Assembly (NCBI RefSeq): GCF_009914755.1
Contig: NC_060927.1
DNA length: 64,000 bases
Source of the DNA: the human T2T-CHM13v2.0 reference genome, Homo sapiens
Strand: one strand, 5' to 3'
Shown here: positions 34,610-47,996 of the stretch, piece by piece
How the letters are laid out: every line of letters begins with the position of its first letter
How positions within the stretch are numbered: position 1 is the first letter of the stretch
The notes under the pieces: generated by a model
Databases searched by the model: none
The model's input: the letters and a program-made list of their open reading frames with translations, nothing else
What the model was told of the DNA's origin: nothing
Position numbers and translations under genes: made by a program

Positions 34610-36045
34610 GAGCCAATAAAAATAAAAAGAACTGTACATAAACACTGAACTCTAATTGAAACCATTGTTTTTAGTAGGGATATAAGTTAACAACTCTAAT
34701 GTTTTCTGGAATTGAACAGTTAAGTAAATAGATGGAGGATTATTGGGGCCAGGTTTCTTCCTATTAGAGTGTGAGGTTACCAATAAGCAAGTGGAGGAGG
34801 CTACAGTAATCCATGTAGTAATAAAATACAGTTGGGGACAGCAGTATGAATTTATATTTAGCTTAAAATATCTATTATAGCCATGTATAAAATATGTATA
34901 GATATGGGCATATATACAACTTAATACACAGATGTATTTTTTGCTCGATTAGATGAAAAAGCTTAAAAGCAATGACTCCCTGGTAGTAATGAGCACACCT
35001 AACCCAGATTATAGTTTTTAATAAATAGAACCCCAGCTGCTCTTTAGAAAAATGGCTAATTCTAGGACTAGGGCTGAAAATACATAATTGTAGAGTATCT
35101 TATATTGCCAAAAAAATAACAAATTTCTAAATTAAAAAAAATCACAATGAGGGAATATATGAAAGGAACATACATGTGTGCCAACCTTCAGTTTCTGATT
35201 TTTCAGTGCCCCCAGTGGCCAGAGATGGAACAACCTGAACGCAGAATAATATCATATTGTAATGTAACTCAAAATATAAAATAAACATTCATAATTATAT
35301 TATGATATTAATAAATACTTGAAGAAATAAATGGGAATAAAACAGATCAATGTGCAACACAGAAGACTTCCAAATAATTTATGTAGTTACTCTGCCCTCA
35401 AAGAGAAGGAGAATAACTTCCCACTCCTTAAGCATGGGTTGCACATAGTGACTTCCTTCCAAAGACTGTAGTATAGGACGAAAGAAAAAATAAGTAGATT
35501 TGCCATGGAGAAATCTGACAAATACTACCTCATCCAGGTAGTTGAGATTAACGTCAACAGTGATAAATTATGTTGATGATAGGTACTCTTTACCTGCCCC
35601 CAAATCTTTTAACTATACTCTCAATATGAGAAACATATCAAGTAAATACCAATAAGAGAGAATCTTACAAAGTACCTGAGAAGTACTCCTCAAAAATATC
35701 AAGTTCATCAAAACCAAAGAAAGTCTGAGAAACTGTCACAGGCAAGAGGATCCTAAGAAGACAAGACAAATAAATGTAATGTGTTATCCTGAGTGGGAAA
35801 GTTGGAATGGAAAAAGGACCTCTGGTAAAAACTAAAGACAGCTGAATAAACTATGGACATTTGTTAATAATAATGTATTAATATTAATTTGATATTTATA
35901 ACAAAATTAGTAAATGTATTATAGTAATGTAAGATGTTAGTTATAGAGGAAACTGGGAGTGTACAAGAATTCCATGTACTATTTTCTTAATTTTTCTGTA
36001 TATCTTAAAACTAGTCTAGAAAAAAAATTATTTAAAATAATAAAA
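34610..36045 (+). mobile_element. Old L1 3' region (L1MC3/4-like)
   Basis: CAGTATGAATTTATATTTAGCTTAA, GTAATGAGCACACCTA, GGAGAAATCTGACAAATACTACCTCATCCAGGT, and a TTTTCTGTA...AAAAC A-rich end. Confidence 0.7.
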
Positions 36046-36050
36046 ACAGC

Positions 36051-36403
36051 TATATTAGTCTGCTATGAAGAACTATCTGAGACTGGGTAATTTATAAACA
36101 AGGGAGATTTAATTGACTCACAGTTCTGCATGGCTGGGGAGGCCTCAGCACACTTACAATCATGGTGGAAGGTGAAGGGAAAGCAAGACACTTCTTAAAT
36201 GGTGGCAGGAGCAGGAGAGAGGAAGAGAGCGAAGTGCCACGCTTTTAAACCATCAAATCTCATGAGAACTCATTATCATGAGAACAGTCTGGGGGAAATC
36301 CAACTCCATGATATAATCACCTCCCACCAGGTCCCTCCTCCAACACATGGGGATTACATTTTGGGATGAGATTTAGGTGGGGACACAGAGCAAAACCACA
36401 TCG
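36051..36403 (-). mobile_element. Solo MaLR LTR (THE1D/MSTA-like)
   Basis: TATTAGTC...GAGACTGGGTAATTTATAAA...TTGACTCACAGTTCTGCATGGCTGGGGAGGCCTCAG...GGTGGGGACACAGAGCAAAACCACATC. Near-perfect 5-bp TSD ACAGC/ACAAC. Confidence 0.9.
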
Positions 36404-36408
36404 ACAAC

Positions 36409-37230
36409 TAATGATCATAGCTAAAACAATTTGAGCAACAAAATAAGTAATGATAGTATTGGGTTATAACCCTAAGAATAAAATAAATATCCTTGAATTC
36501 ATGCTTGTATAAATAAATGAATAAATGTAGAGGCAATGAGGAAAATAGAAAGGTATCGTTAGAACACAATGGTAGCAGTTACTACCAGCGTGAACCATTG
36601 GTAGATGATAAAACTGGTGGATGTAAATTTAAGGAAAGAAGATATTTGTGTAGTTTCAAATCATCTACTCTAAGTATTTATTAATTGCAAAAGGAAAAAT
36701 AATACTTTACAATGGAGAAACTCTGTCAGGAGAAAAGTTAATATTACCAGTAATAAGACGTTTGACTTCACAATACACTGAGAAAGGCATATCACCTCTG
36801 TGATATTTTTACCAATAATGTACACCAAAAATCTAGTCATAAGAAAACATCAGACAAGCCCACAAAGGACATTCTACATTAGTGCCTTTCAAGAGTCTCG
36901 CAGTTATGAAAGGCAAGGAAAGACAGGAATTATCACTGATTGGAGGAGAGTAGGGAGACGTGATAACTAAACGCAATATTAGATTCTATATTAGATCCTG
37001 GAACAGAAAAAAAGCAGTAGTGAAAAAACTGGTGAAATATAAAAAACATCTATAGTTTAGTTAATAATAGCACTGCAACAATGTAAATTTCTTAGGTTTG
37101 ATAATTGTACTATGATTATGCAAGGTGTTAATATTAGGAGAGCCTGGGGGAAGGGAATACTGGAACACTGTACTATTTTTACAATTCTTCTACAATTCTA
37201 AAATTATCTGAAAATTAAAAACACAAAAAA
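36409..37230 (+). mobile_element. Second old L1 3' region (L1MC4-like)
   Basis: AACAATTTGAGCAACAAAATAA...AGATCCTGGAACAGAAAAA...CTGTACTATTTTTACAA...TCTAAAATTAT. Confidence 0.7.
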
Positions 37231-39082
37231 ACCACAAAGTGAAACAGAACTTCTTTTACAAAGTTCTTTATATCAATTTGCTAACTTTGTTTGAGACAGT
37301 TATTCTGAGGTAAGTGTATAATGGAAGTGGTAGTGTTTATTTAAGAACGACCAAGGGAAAAATCATCTCTGAGCTCTTAATTAAATGATAAGATAATATT
37401 TTCCTCCTTCAAGATGTAATGACTGCTTCAAAATATGTCCTGTTTCTGCATTTTAAAAATAACAGATCTCTTGTCCTTTATAATGTGTCCTAAAATACCT
37501 TCAGTTTGGGAAGGAGATTTAGTTCAGGGTCAGTTAGATTTCAATTATTTGAGGAACTGTATTTAACTATGACTCAAAGCCAGGTGTATAATAGATGCCA
37601 AGGGAAGAAATAATTCACCCAGCTAGTTCAGACTCGCAGTGAATTTCTTTAGCCCAGTAAGCTATTACCTTCGATGTGTATAAATGCAGGCCCCCATTTT
37701 ATCCGCAGCCAAACATTTTAAGACACAGTGTGACTTGGAGCATTTCATAAATTCATTCATTCCAACAGTAATTTTGTTCTCCAAGTATGTTTTCTTTGTA
37801 ATCATATTTAGCTTTATAAACTATATGCAAACTCTGGAGGAATTTGCTTTATAACTTTAGCTTTATAAACATATACAAAATAATTCCGCTTTATAAACTA
37901 GATGCAAACTCTGGAGGAATATGCATAGCATATTCATAGTCAGTGATTTTTAGCTGATAGTCCTATAACATGGTGGTAAGACTAGATTTAGAACTTATGC
38001 CCTTTGATTTATTTGTAAGTTAAAATTTTTCGTTAAAAAGGCGCTCATGTCATTTGATCCTTTTCCCAAGGTTCTGTTTCTGCTTGGAGGGTCTACTATA
38101 AGAGAACTCTCTGTGAGGTTTTGAAAAGATATTATCCTCCTTCGTGGGATGTTCTCCTTCCCCCTCAAGACTACTGTGAATTCCTTCTCTGTTCATTTTC
38201 TTGAACTATATATCTTTATTCTTTGCTCCTTTGTCAATTTATTTACACATTCAAAAACATTTTTCATTTATCAGGACCAACTTTGTTCTAAATACTAAGA
38301 ATAAAGACATGAAAACAGATTACGTATTAGAAAGCGTGACATACATATAAACATATCATAATTCTGTTTGAAAAGTTTATCATATGGGGCTCTTTAGGAG
38401 TGCTGAAATGGCATAGGTTGTGGATTATAAATCATGGGGCGAGGTATGGAAATGCTTTCAAAAGGAATTATGAAAATTTTCCATAACATAGCTCTTTGTT
38501 GTTTTTACTGGGCTGTGATGTTCTTGAGGATTATATTTTCCTCACCTTCCTTTACAAGGACTAACACTAATGGTGAATGAAAAAATAAATAAGTGAATGA
38601 ATGTGCTTTCTTTCGCCTCTCCAGTGGAACCTCTAATGTAGATAATTTATGACATATTTACAACAATGCCCTTTTTTGGGCCACTATAGAGGAATATTCC
38701 TACATAGCATTTTCTGATAAATCATTTTAATAAGAGTGATTCTGAAGCTCTTACTCATACTAATCTGTCACATTACCTATGGAGAATTTGACCTGATAAT
38801 GCACCTCAGAATTAGGCTCAAATTATCCCAGAATCACCAATAATTTTTTGTTCTGTTTCAATTGTAGATAGCTACAAAGATCAGGAAAATAATATTTTTA
38901 TCAAGCATATAAGAAAGCATTTATAGAGTTTGTTTTAGCCAATTTCTGTCTAATAATATTATATTTATTAGCTTTGGACTATTATGCTATTCTTTGTGAC
39001 CAATTAGTCTATAGATGCTCAGAGTATAAAGCTTTGAACCTGAAACTGAAGATCAGAGATGAATGTCCTCATTCTCTGTACT

Positions 39083-39150
39083 GTTAGACTGAATTATATG
39101 AAGTTGCCAATATGTGCCGTTTTAACCTAAAATGCCTATTTTATGTTCTA
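39083..39150. mobile_element. Degenerate MADE2
   Basis: GTTAGACTGAATTATATGAAGTTGCCAATATGTGCCGTTTTAACCTA. Confidence 0.5.
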
Positions 39151-39179
39151 AAAAAGACTTTAAAGAAAGTAATCCAATA

Positions 39180-39720
39180 AGATTTTTTAAAGAATCTATT
39201 AAAGTACAGTAGGACAAATTCCATAAAGACAATATACAGAACTATTATGGGGCCTTAAATGAGAGAAATATTGCTTTTAGTTGGAGGTAGGATTAGCACA
39301 TATTGTTTAGAGGAGATGGCATTTAAAACAGGACTTGACACTTTAAGTTCCTAAAGAAGGCATTCCAATCAGAAGAAGCATTATTAGATTATGAATCAGA
39401 GTATATAGAGAAATAGAAAGCAGTTAGTCACCAGTCAAGTATTATGAAAAAAAAGGAATGAGGGTGTGATATAATTCTTATCCTCAAAGTGCTTGCAGTA
39501 GAATGAGATATGCTGAAAACTCATTATCCACTAAGATATGCCTAGAACAGTTAGGAAAAAGTTAGGATTATTCTTAAATCATCAAGATATAAGAAGCTAC
39601 TGAAGATTGTTAATGAAGGAAATTAGATATGCAGAAATGTGCCTTATAAATTTTATTTTTGAAGAGCTATTTAGGACAAATTGAAGTGTTATGGGGCCAG
39701 ACACAGGGTGACAAACTCAT
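39180..39720 (-). mobile_element. L2 fragment
   Basis: AG-rich, with AGAGGAGATGGCATTTAAAACAGGACTTGA and GAAGCTACTGAAGATTGTTAA. Confidence 0.5.
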
Positions 39721-39827
39721 AACAGGAGTCATAAAGAGGTCATTCTATAAGATAGAGAATTGTTTTCAAGTTCTACTAGTCTATATGCTTTTAGAGTAGA
39801 GATCACATCTGCTTTCTTCACCATTAT

Positions 39828-40139
39828 TATTATTATTATTTTGAGATGGCATTTCACTCTTGTTGCCCAGGCTGTAGTGCAATGGCGTGATCTCGGCTCA
39901 CTGCAACCTCCACCTCCTGGGTTCAAGCAATTCTCCTGCCTCAGCCTCCTGAGTAGCTGGAATTACAGGTACCTGCCAACAGGCCTGGCTAATTTTTGTA
40001 TTTTTTTTTTTTTTTTTTTAGTAGAGACAGGGTTTCACCATGTTGGCCAGGCTGATCTCAAACTCCTGACCTCAGGTGATCCACCCGCCTTGGCCCCCCA
40101 AATAGTTGGGATTACAGACATGAGCCACTGTGCCCGGCC
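39828..40139 (-). mobile_element. AluSq-like with a (TAA)n tail and an expanded middle A-tract
   Basis: TTTCACTCTTGTTGCCCAGG and GCAATGGCG diagnostics. 11-bp TSD TTCACCATTAT (39817-39827 / 40140-40150). Confidence 0.95.
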
Positions 40140-40283
40140 TTCACCATTATATTCTCAGTGTATAGTTTACTATCAGTAAATATTTGTTGAATTAATGAAT
40201 ATCATCCAAAAATCATTCTTGTAAAAAAATTAAGTTATATCTGTAAAGAGATACATTCATAAATAATCTTATGAATCAATATA

Positions 40284-40442
40284 GTGTGTGTGTGTGTGTG
40301 TGTATGAACAGAAAGAGAGAAAAACAGAAGCCAAGAGAAACATCATATATATGCGTATACATATATATGTGTGTATATATACATATGTACATATATATGT
40401 GTGTATATATATATGTACATATATATATGTACATATATATAT
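40284..40442. repeat. (TG)n and (TA/CA/TG)n microsatellites
   Basis: Directly visible. Confidence 0.9.
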
Positions 40443-40539
40443 AAAGTGAGAAAAGATAGAGAATATGTAGCCAGGAGGAGAAATCAGTTATGCCCTGGAG
40501 CAAGTATAGAAAGTTTTTAATAAAAAATTAAACACATTT

Positions 40540-40890
40540 TAAATAAAAAGTAGGATACACTTTACTGAAGAAGGAACATTATACATAAGGACACAGTATG
40601 AGAAATAGAGGGTACTCTAAGATACAGGTGAATAGCTATGATAAAGCTACATGAGCAATGAGCTTGAAAACATAAGATAAAATGTTTGACTTTATCTGGT
40701 AGCTATTGTAGGTCACTAAGGAATAATAACAAATGACTTGGGCTTGGAGGAACACTGATTCGATCAAATGATTTAGAGGAGAATGTGACAGCAGCTTGAG
40801 ATCCAGTTAGAAGGCTAATACACACGTATAGATAAGTGATAAAAGTTCTTGACCCAAAATAGTACCATCATTAATGGAAAAGGAAAAACT
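40540..40890 (-). mobile_element. L2 fragment
   Basis: TTTGACTTTATCTGGTAG...GAGATCCAGTTAGAAGGCTA...GATAAGTGATAA. Confidence 0.5.
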
Positions 40891-43800
40891 CCACAACACT
40901 TTAAAAGTGACTTGGTGCAAATGGCAAATCCATCAATCTACACTTTGTGCTTCCCACATTGACCACCATATTTATATTCAATATTTCCATCTATTAAAAT
41001 GGAAGCCAATATTTTGAGCGACTGAGAGAAACCTTTTCAGGCCAAGAAACATGATCACATGTTTTGGAGAATTTATTTCTATGATGGAAAGAATTTAAAA
41101 TAATGGAAATATGTTTTGGAAAATGTTAGTATGAACTGAACTTGTGTTTGGTGAATTTAGTAGAAATTCACATTGTTCTAGCACCCTGAACTGTCCCACA
41201 CTTACTGTGCATAGATTATGGTGTGGTGGAGCCCACTCAACTCCATGCCCAGGAAGATCTCCAGACATTCAAAGTACCTGCTCACCTGGAACAGTAGTCT
41301 AAGCCACCCCACCCTTCCTGTGCATAAATTCTGGTGCAGGGGGCCCCCTCCACTCCACACCCAGGCAGATTTTCAGGCATTCAGAGCAACTACTTTCCCA
41401 GAACCAGGCTGAGCCACCTAGCCCCTTCTGTGTACGGTTCCTCTCTGCTACATGCCCAGGTATATCTCCAGGCATCTGGAGTACCCATTCACATGCATTA
41501 GCAACCCAAACTGCCCCACACTCCCTGTTAAACATTGTGGTGCAGCAGGGCCCTCTACATCACATGCATAAGCAGATCTCTAGGAATCTGGAACACACAC
41601 TTTCCTGGATCAGGAATTTAGGCTGTCCCCCATCCCCACACAAGGAACCAAGGCCAAGAAGGTTTCCAAACTCCATGCCTGGGCACACCTCTGGGCACCT
41701 GGTGGCGGGGGCCACCCGCTGGATTCTCCCTTGGCACTGGTGCTTGTACCTGCCAACAGGGGACATGTAGGTGGGCTCATCTGGTTCAACTTGGCACATA
41801 CTGCCCCCCAGACACCCCAGGTCTAAGCAGGGAGCTCACTGCATGCCACAAATCACTCCATTTTTTGAGGCAACAGAGAGCTCCTCCCAGTAAATAAAAA
41901 TCAAGTATACAGCCAAGCTGGCCTCATCTAGTTATTGCCCATAGCGCCATCCACTGGCTTGTAGGTCAAACTGCACAGCCAATATAAGCCTGTCTATAGA
42001 AGTTCTTGAGGCTACAGAAGTAAAGCCAAAACTCCCTACCCAGCATTCTCTAGTCACACCCCCTAGGGAATGGGGGAAAGGTAAAGGAAAAAACCAATAA
42101 TATTATATGAAAAGAAAGAAAAGAAAAAGAAATCCCACCCATACAAAAAAATAATTATAAAAATTAGAAGTGCCAGCATCTCCAGATGAGAAAGAAACAG
42201 CACAAGAATTCTGGCCTATGAAAAATCTAAGTGTAGTGGCAATACCAGTGGTTCACACTAACTCTTCAGGATTGGTCCCTAACCAAAATGAAGGCTCAGA
42301 AATGTCAAACAAAGAATTCAAAGCATGGATTGAAAGAAAGTTCAACAAGATCAAAGACAAGATTTAAAATCAACACAAAGAAACTTCTAAAGCAATCTAG
42401 GATATAAAGAAAGAGAAAACATCTTAAAAAGAAACCAATCAGAGCTTTTGGAATTAAGAAACTCCTTTAGGAATATGAAAATACAATTGAAATATTTTTC
42501 AATAGACTCAACCAAGCTGAAGAAAGAATTTCAGAGTATGAAGACCAGTCTTTCAAAGTAACCTTGTCATACAAAAATAAAGAAAAAAAAGAATTTAAGA
42601 AAATAAACAGTCTTTGAAAAATATGAGATTAGATAAAGTGACCAAACCTACAAATTACTGGCATTCCTAAGAAAGAAGGAGAAAAAGTGAACAATCTGGA
42701 ACATATATTTGAGAGAATAATTCAAAAAAATTTCCCTAATCTTGCCAGAGAGATAAACATCCAGGTATGAGAAATCTAGACCACATCTGTGAAAAACTAT
42801 ACAAAATAAACAACACCAGGGAATATAGTCACCAGATTGTCCAAGGTCAAATATAGAAATAAATTTTAAAGGCAGCTAGAGAAAAAGTTTATATCATATA
42901 CAAAGGGAATCCCATCAGGCTGAAAATGGACTTCTCAACAGAAACCTAACAAGTCAGGAGAAATCGGGGGCCTATTTTCATCATTGTTTAAGAAAAGAAA
43001 TTCCAACCAAGAATTTCATGTCTTGCCAAACTAAGCTTCTTAAGCAAAGAAGAAATAAAATAGTTTCCAGACAAACAAGCAATAAGGGAATTTGTTACCA
43101 TTGAATCAGCCTTACAAGAAATCCTTAAGAAAGTACTAAACTTGGGAATAAAAGAACAATTCATGCTACCACAAAAACACACTTAAGTACATAGCCCATA
43201 AACCCTATAAAGCAAGCACACAATAGAAACTACAAAACAACCAGCTAACTTCAAAATAGGATCAAAACTTTACATGTCAATATTAACCTTGAATGTAAAT
43301 AGTCTAAATGCCCCCACTTAAAAGGCATAGCTGAATTAAAACAAAAAAAAAAAACAAGGCTCATCTGTTTGCTGTTTTCAAGAGACCTATCTCACATGTA
43401 ACAACATCCATGGGCTCCAACCCCATAAGGCATGAAGAAAGATCTCTCATACAAATGGAAAACAAAAAAGACCACAGGTCATTAATCTTATATAAGATAA
43501 AATAGACTTTCAGCCCACAAGAGTAAACAAAGACAAAAAAGGGTATTATAATGAGTTTAATTGAATAAGAAGATTTAACTATGCTAAAAATATATGAACC
43601 CAACACTGGCGCACCAAGATTCATAAAACAAGTACTTTTAGAGCTACAAAAAAAGACTTAGAAATCCACACAATAATAGTGGAGGACTTCAACACTTCAC
43701 TGACAGCATTGGACAGATCATCAAGGCTGTCTTGGGACCCAAGTCCAAGATGTCTATTGCATCCAATAGACCAGACAGAATACCCCACTCATCACCCACA

Positions 43801-46800
43801 GCATATACATTCTTCTCACCTGCACATGAAACATACTCTAAGACCAACCACATGCTCAATCATAAAGCAAGTCCCATTAAACTCAAAAAAATTGAAATCA
43901 TACCCACCATACTCTCAGATCCTAATGAAATAAAAATAAAAATCAATACCAAGAGCATCTCTAAAAATCACACAATTACATGGAAATTAAACATCTTGCT
44001 CCTGAAGACATTTGGGTAAATGATTATATTAAGACAGAAATTTAAAAAATATTTAAAACAAATGAAGAGATATAACATATCAAAATCTTTAGAATGCAGC
44101 AAAAATAGTATTAAAAAGGAGGTTTATAGTGATATACATCTGCCTCAAAAAGTTAGAAAGATCTCAAATGAACAATGTAACATCACACCTACAGGAACTA
44201 GAAAACAAAGAACAAACTAACCCCAAAGCTATCAGAGGAAAAGAAATAACTATAATCAGAGCAGAACTAAATGAAATCGAGACACAAAAATTGATAGGAT
44301 CAATGAAACCAAAAACTGGTTATTTGAAGTGATAAAAAGGTTAACAAAGGAAAAAAAAGAGAAAAGATGAAAATAAGAACCATCAGGAACAACAAAGGTG
44401 ACATTACAACCCATCTCACAGAAACATAAAAGATTCTCAGAGACTGTTATGAGCACCTTTATGCACACAAATTGGAAAATCTAGAGGAAATTAGTAAATT
44501 CCTAGAAACATACAACCTCCCAAGATTGAATCAGAAATAACTTAAAACCCTGAACAGAACAAAAACAAATTCCAAAATTGAATCCATAATTTAAAAAAAT
44601 CTACCAACCAATAAAAGTCCCAGACTAGATGCATTGACAGACAAATTAAACCAGACACGCAAAAGAGGAGCCAGTGCCAATTCCAAATTTTGAAACTATT
44701 CCAAAACATTGAAGGGGACAGATTCCTTCCTAACTCAGCCTATAAAGCCAGTACCTCTCTGATAACTGAAACCTGGAAAAGACAAAATGAAAAATAAAAC
44801 TACAGGCCAATACTTCTGAGGAACATAGGTGCAAAAATCCTCAACAAAATACTAGCAAACCTTGAGAGAAAAAAATGGAAAACAGGAGGCAGGACTAACT
44901 TGAAACTTCCACTCAGATGGACAGAACAGCATGTGGAGGCCAGATTGTGAACTTCTGCTCCAAGAACCACCTCAGAAACATTCTAGGAAAACCAAAAAAA
45001 ATTCACAGACCCTTTGAAAGCAGCAGCTTGCCGCTGCATACTCCATGAGAAAGGTGAAAACTGTGAGTGCCCAAAGTGTGAGAGGGAGAAATATCTCCTC
45101 CAAACACACATCCTCACTGGGGAACCTGAAAATCCAGATCATGGGAGAAGTATTTAACCTTACCTAGAGCTGAAAAAAATTTAGAGAGCTGAGCAAAATA
45201 TAAAAGTAAAAGAAGCAGCAGGAAGAGCCCTGTAGGCACTCCCAGTCCCCAAGGAAGCCCAGGTAAGCCATTTATGACTTTGTCTCACAGAGGTCCTTGG
45301 GGAGGGCAGCCAGTAGAATTGGGGAAGGGCTATAGGGAGAAGGAGACTTCCAGCTGAATTGTGTAATAATTTCAACTGAGCATATTTTTTTTCTGGGCAG
45401 AATCTATAGGGTGGGAGTGGGTGTGAACAGGAAGTGCAGGTATGAGTACAGAAGCCACAGCAGGCAGGTAGAGAAGAGGCCCAAAAGCCCTGCTTACTTT
45501 CTGAGTAGGGGAGGATTGTATTCTGGGGCAAGATCTCAGCTCTTTGCACTGGAGGCCTGGATATAAATTCAGCTCTGTTGGCTGTTGGGGGAGCACAGCA
45601 AGAGTGAGACTGGCCTTGCTGGCTGTGTAGGAGCTGGGTGAGACCTGTCACTGCTGGCTTTCCCCCACTTCCCTGGTGACCTGGGAAGGCAGCCATAATC
45701 CTCTTTGTAACACAATTCCATTGTCCTGAGAACCACCCACCTATCCCCACAGTGGCTGCAGCAGGCCCTACTCAAGAAGAGTCTGAACTCAGACATTCCT
45801 AACACTGCCCTCACCTGATGGTCTTTCTGTACCCGTATGGGTAGCCAAAGACAAAAGACTAATCTGTGGGAGCTCTATGGCCACTCTCATCACCTGAGAA
45901 ACCCAAATACCTACCCAGGTGACCTTAGTGCAAGCTTGTATGCCCCCTAAACTACCACAGCCGATGCTCTCTTGAAAGCATCACCTCTTGGTTGAAGGCC
46001 AACAAACTCAAGCCATTTCAGCAACTCATAACAGAACAACCCTGCTCTAAGAAAAGAGAAAACAACAGCTCATTCCACTGCCTTTAACATCCTGTTTAAC
46101 CAGTGATCCTGAGTCTGTCCACATGACAGCTTCACTAGTAGCATAACCAGCATGCAAGAAAACCAGTGCACTGAACAAAACTACAACCAAGGACTCTCAC
46201 AGAATCCACTTCACTCCACTGCTAATTCCACTTAAGCAGGTGCTGGTATCCATGGCTGAGAGACCTGAAGACTGATCAAATCATAGGACTCTGCAGACAC
46301 TCCCTAGTACCAGCCCAGAGCCTAGTAGCTCAGGCAGGTGGCTAGACCCAGAAAAGCAATAACAATCACTGCAGTCCGGATCTCAGGAAGCCCCATCCCT
46401 AGGGAAAGGGAGAGAACACCACATCAAGGGATCACTCCATGGGACCAAAAATACCTAAATACCAGCCTTTGAGTTCCAGATCTTTCCTCTGACACAGTCT
46501 ACCCAAATGAGAAGGAACCAGATAAATAATTCTGGTAATATGACAAAACAAGGTTCTGTAACAGCCTGAAAGATCACACTAGCTCACCAGCAATGAATCC
46601 AAACCAAAAAGGAATCTCTGAATTGCCAAAAAAAAAAAAAAAAAAAAAAAAAGAATTCAGAAGGTTGATTATTAAGTTACTCAAGGAGGCACCAGAGAAA
46701 GGTGAAAAATAACTTAAAATAATAATAATAATACAGTATATGGACAAAAATATCTCCAGAGTAATAGATAAAAAAACTGAAACTTCTGGAAATGACAGAC

Positions 46801-47222
46801 ACACTTAGAGAAATACAAAATACACTGAAAAGTTTCAACAATAGAATCGAACAAGTAGAAGAAAGAACTCCGGAGCTCAAAGAAAAGGCTTTCATATTAA
46901 CAAAATTTGACAAAGACAAAGAAAATAGAATTTTAAAAAATGAACAAAGCCTCCATGAAGTTTGGGATTATGTTAAATGACCAAACCTAGGAATAATTGG
47001 TCTTCCTGAGGAAGAAGAGAAATCTAAAAGGTTGAAAAACTTATTTAGGAAATAATTGAGGAAAACTTCCATGGCCATGCTAGAGATCTGGACATCTAAA
47101 TACAAGAAGCTCAAAGAATACCCAGGAAATTCATTGCAAAAATATCATCACCTAGGCACATAGTCATCAGGTCCTCTAAAGTTAAGATGAAGGAATGAAT
47201 CTTAAGAGCTGTGAGGCAAAAG

Positions 47223-47996
<774 letters not shown>

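Noticed and set aside
35215-36530. Similarity between ~35215-35335 and ~36410-36525 as a local duplication
   Set aside because: Better explained as homologous parts of two related old L1MC 3' ends.
37280-37315. CTAAC branch-like motif, ACAG acceptor and GAG|GTAAGT defining a 10-nt exon
   Set aside because: Very short pyrimidine tract, frame-shifting length and no other support; compatible with chance.
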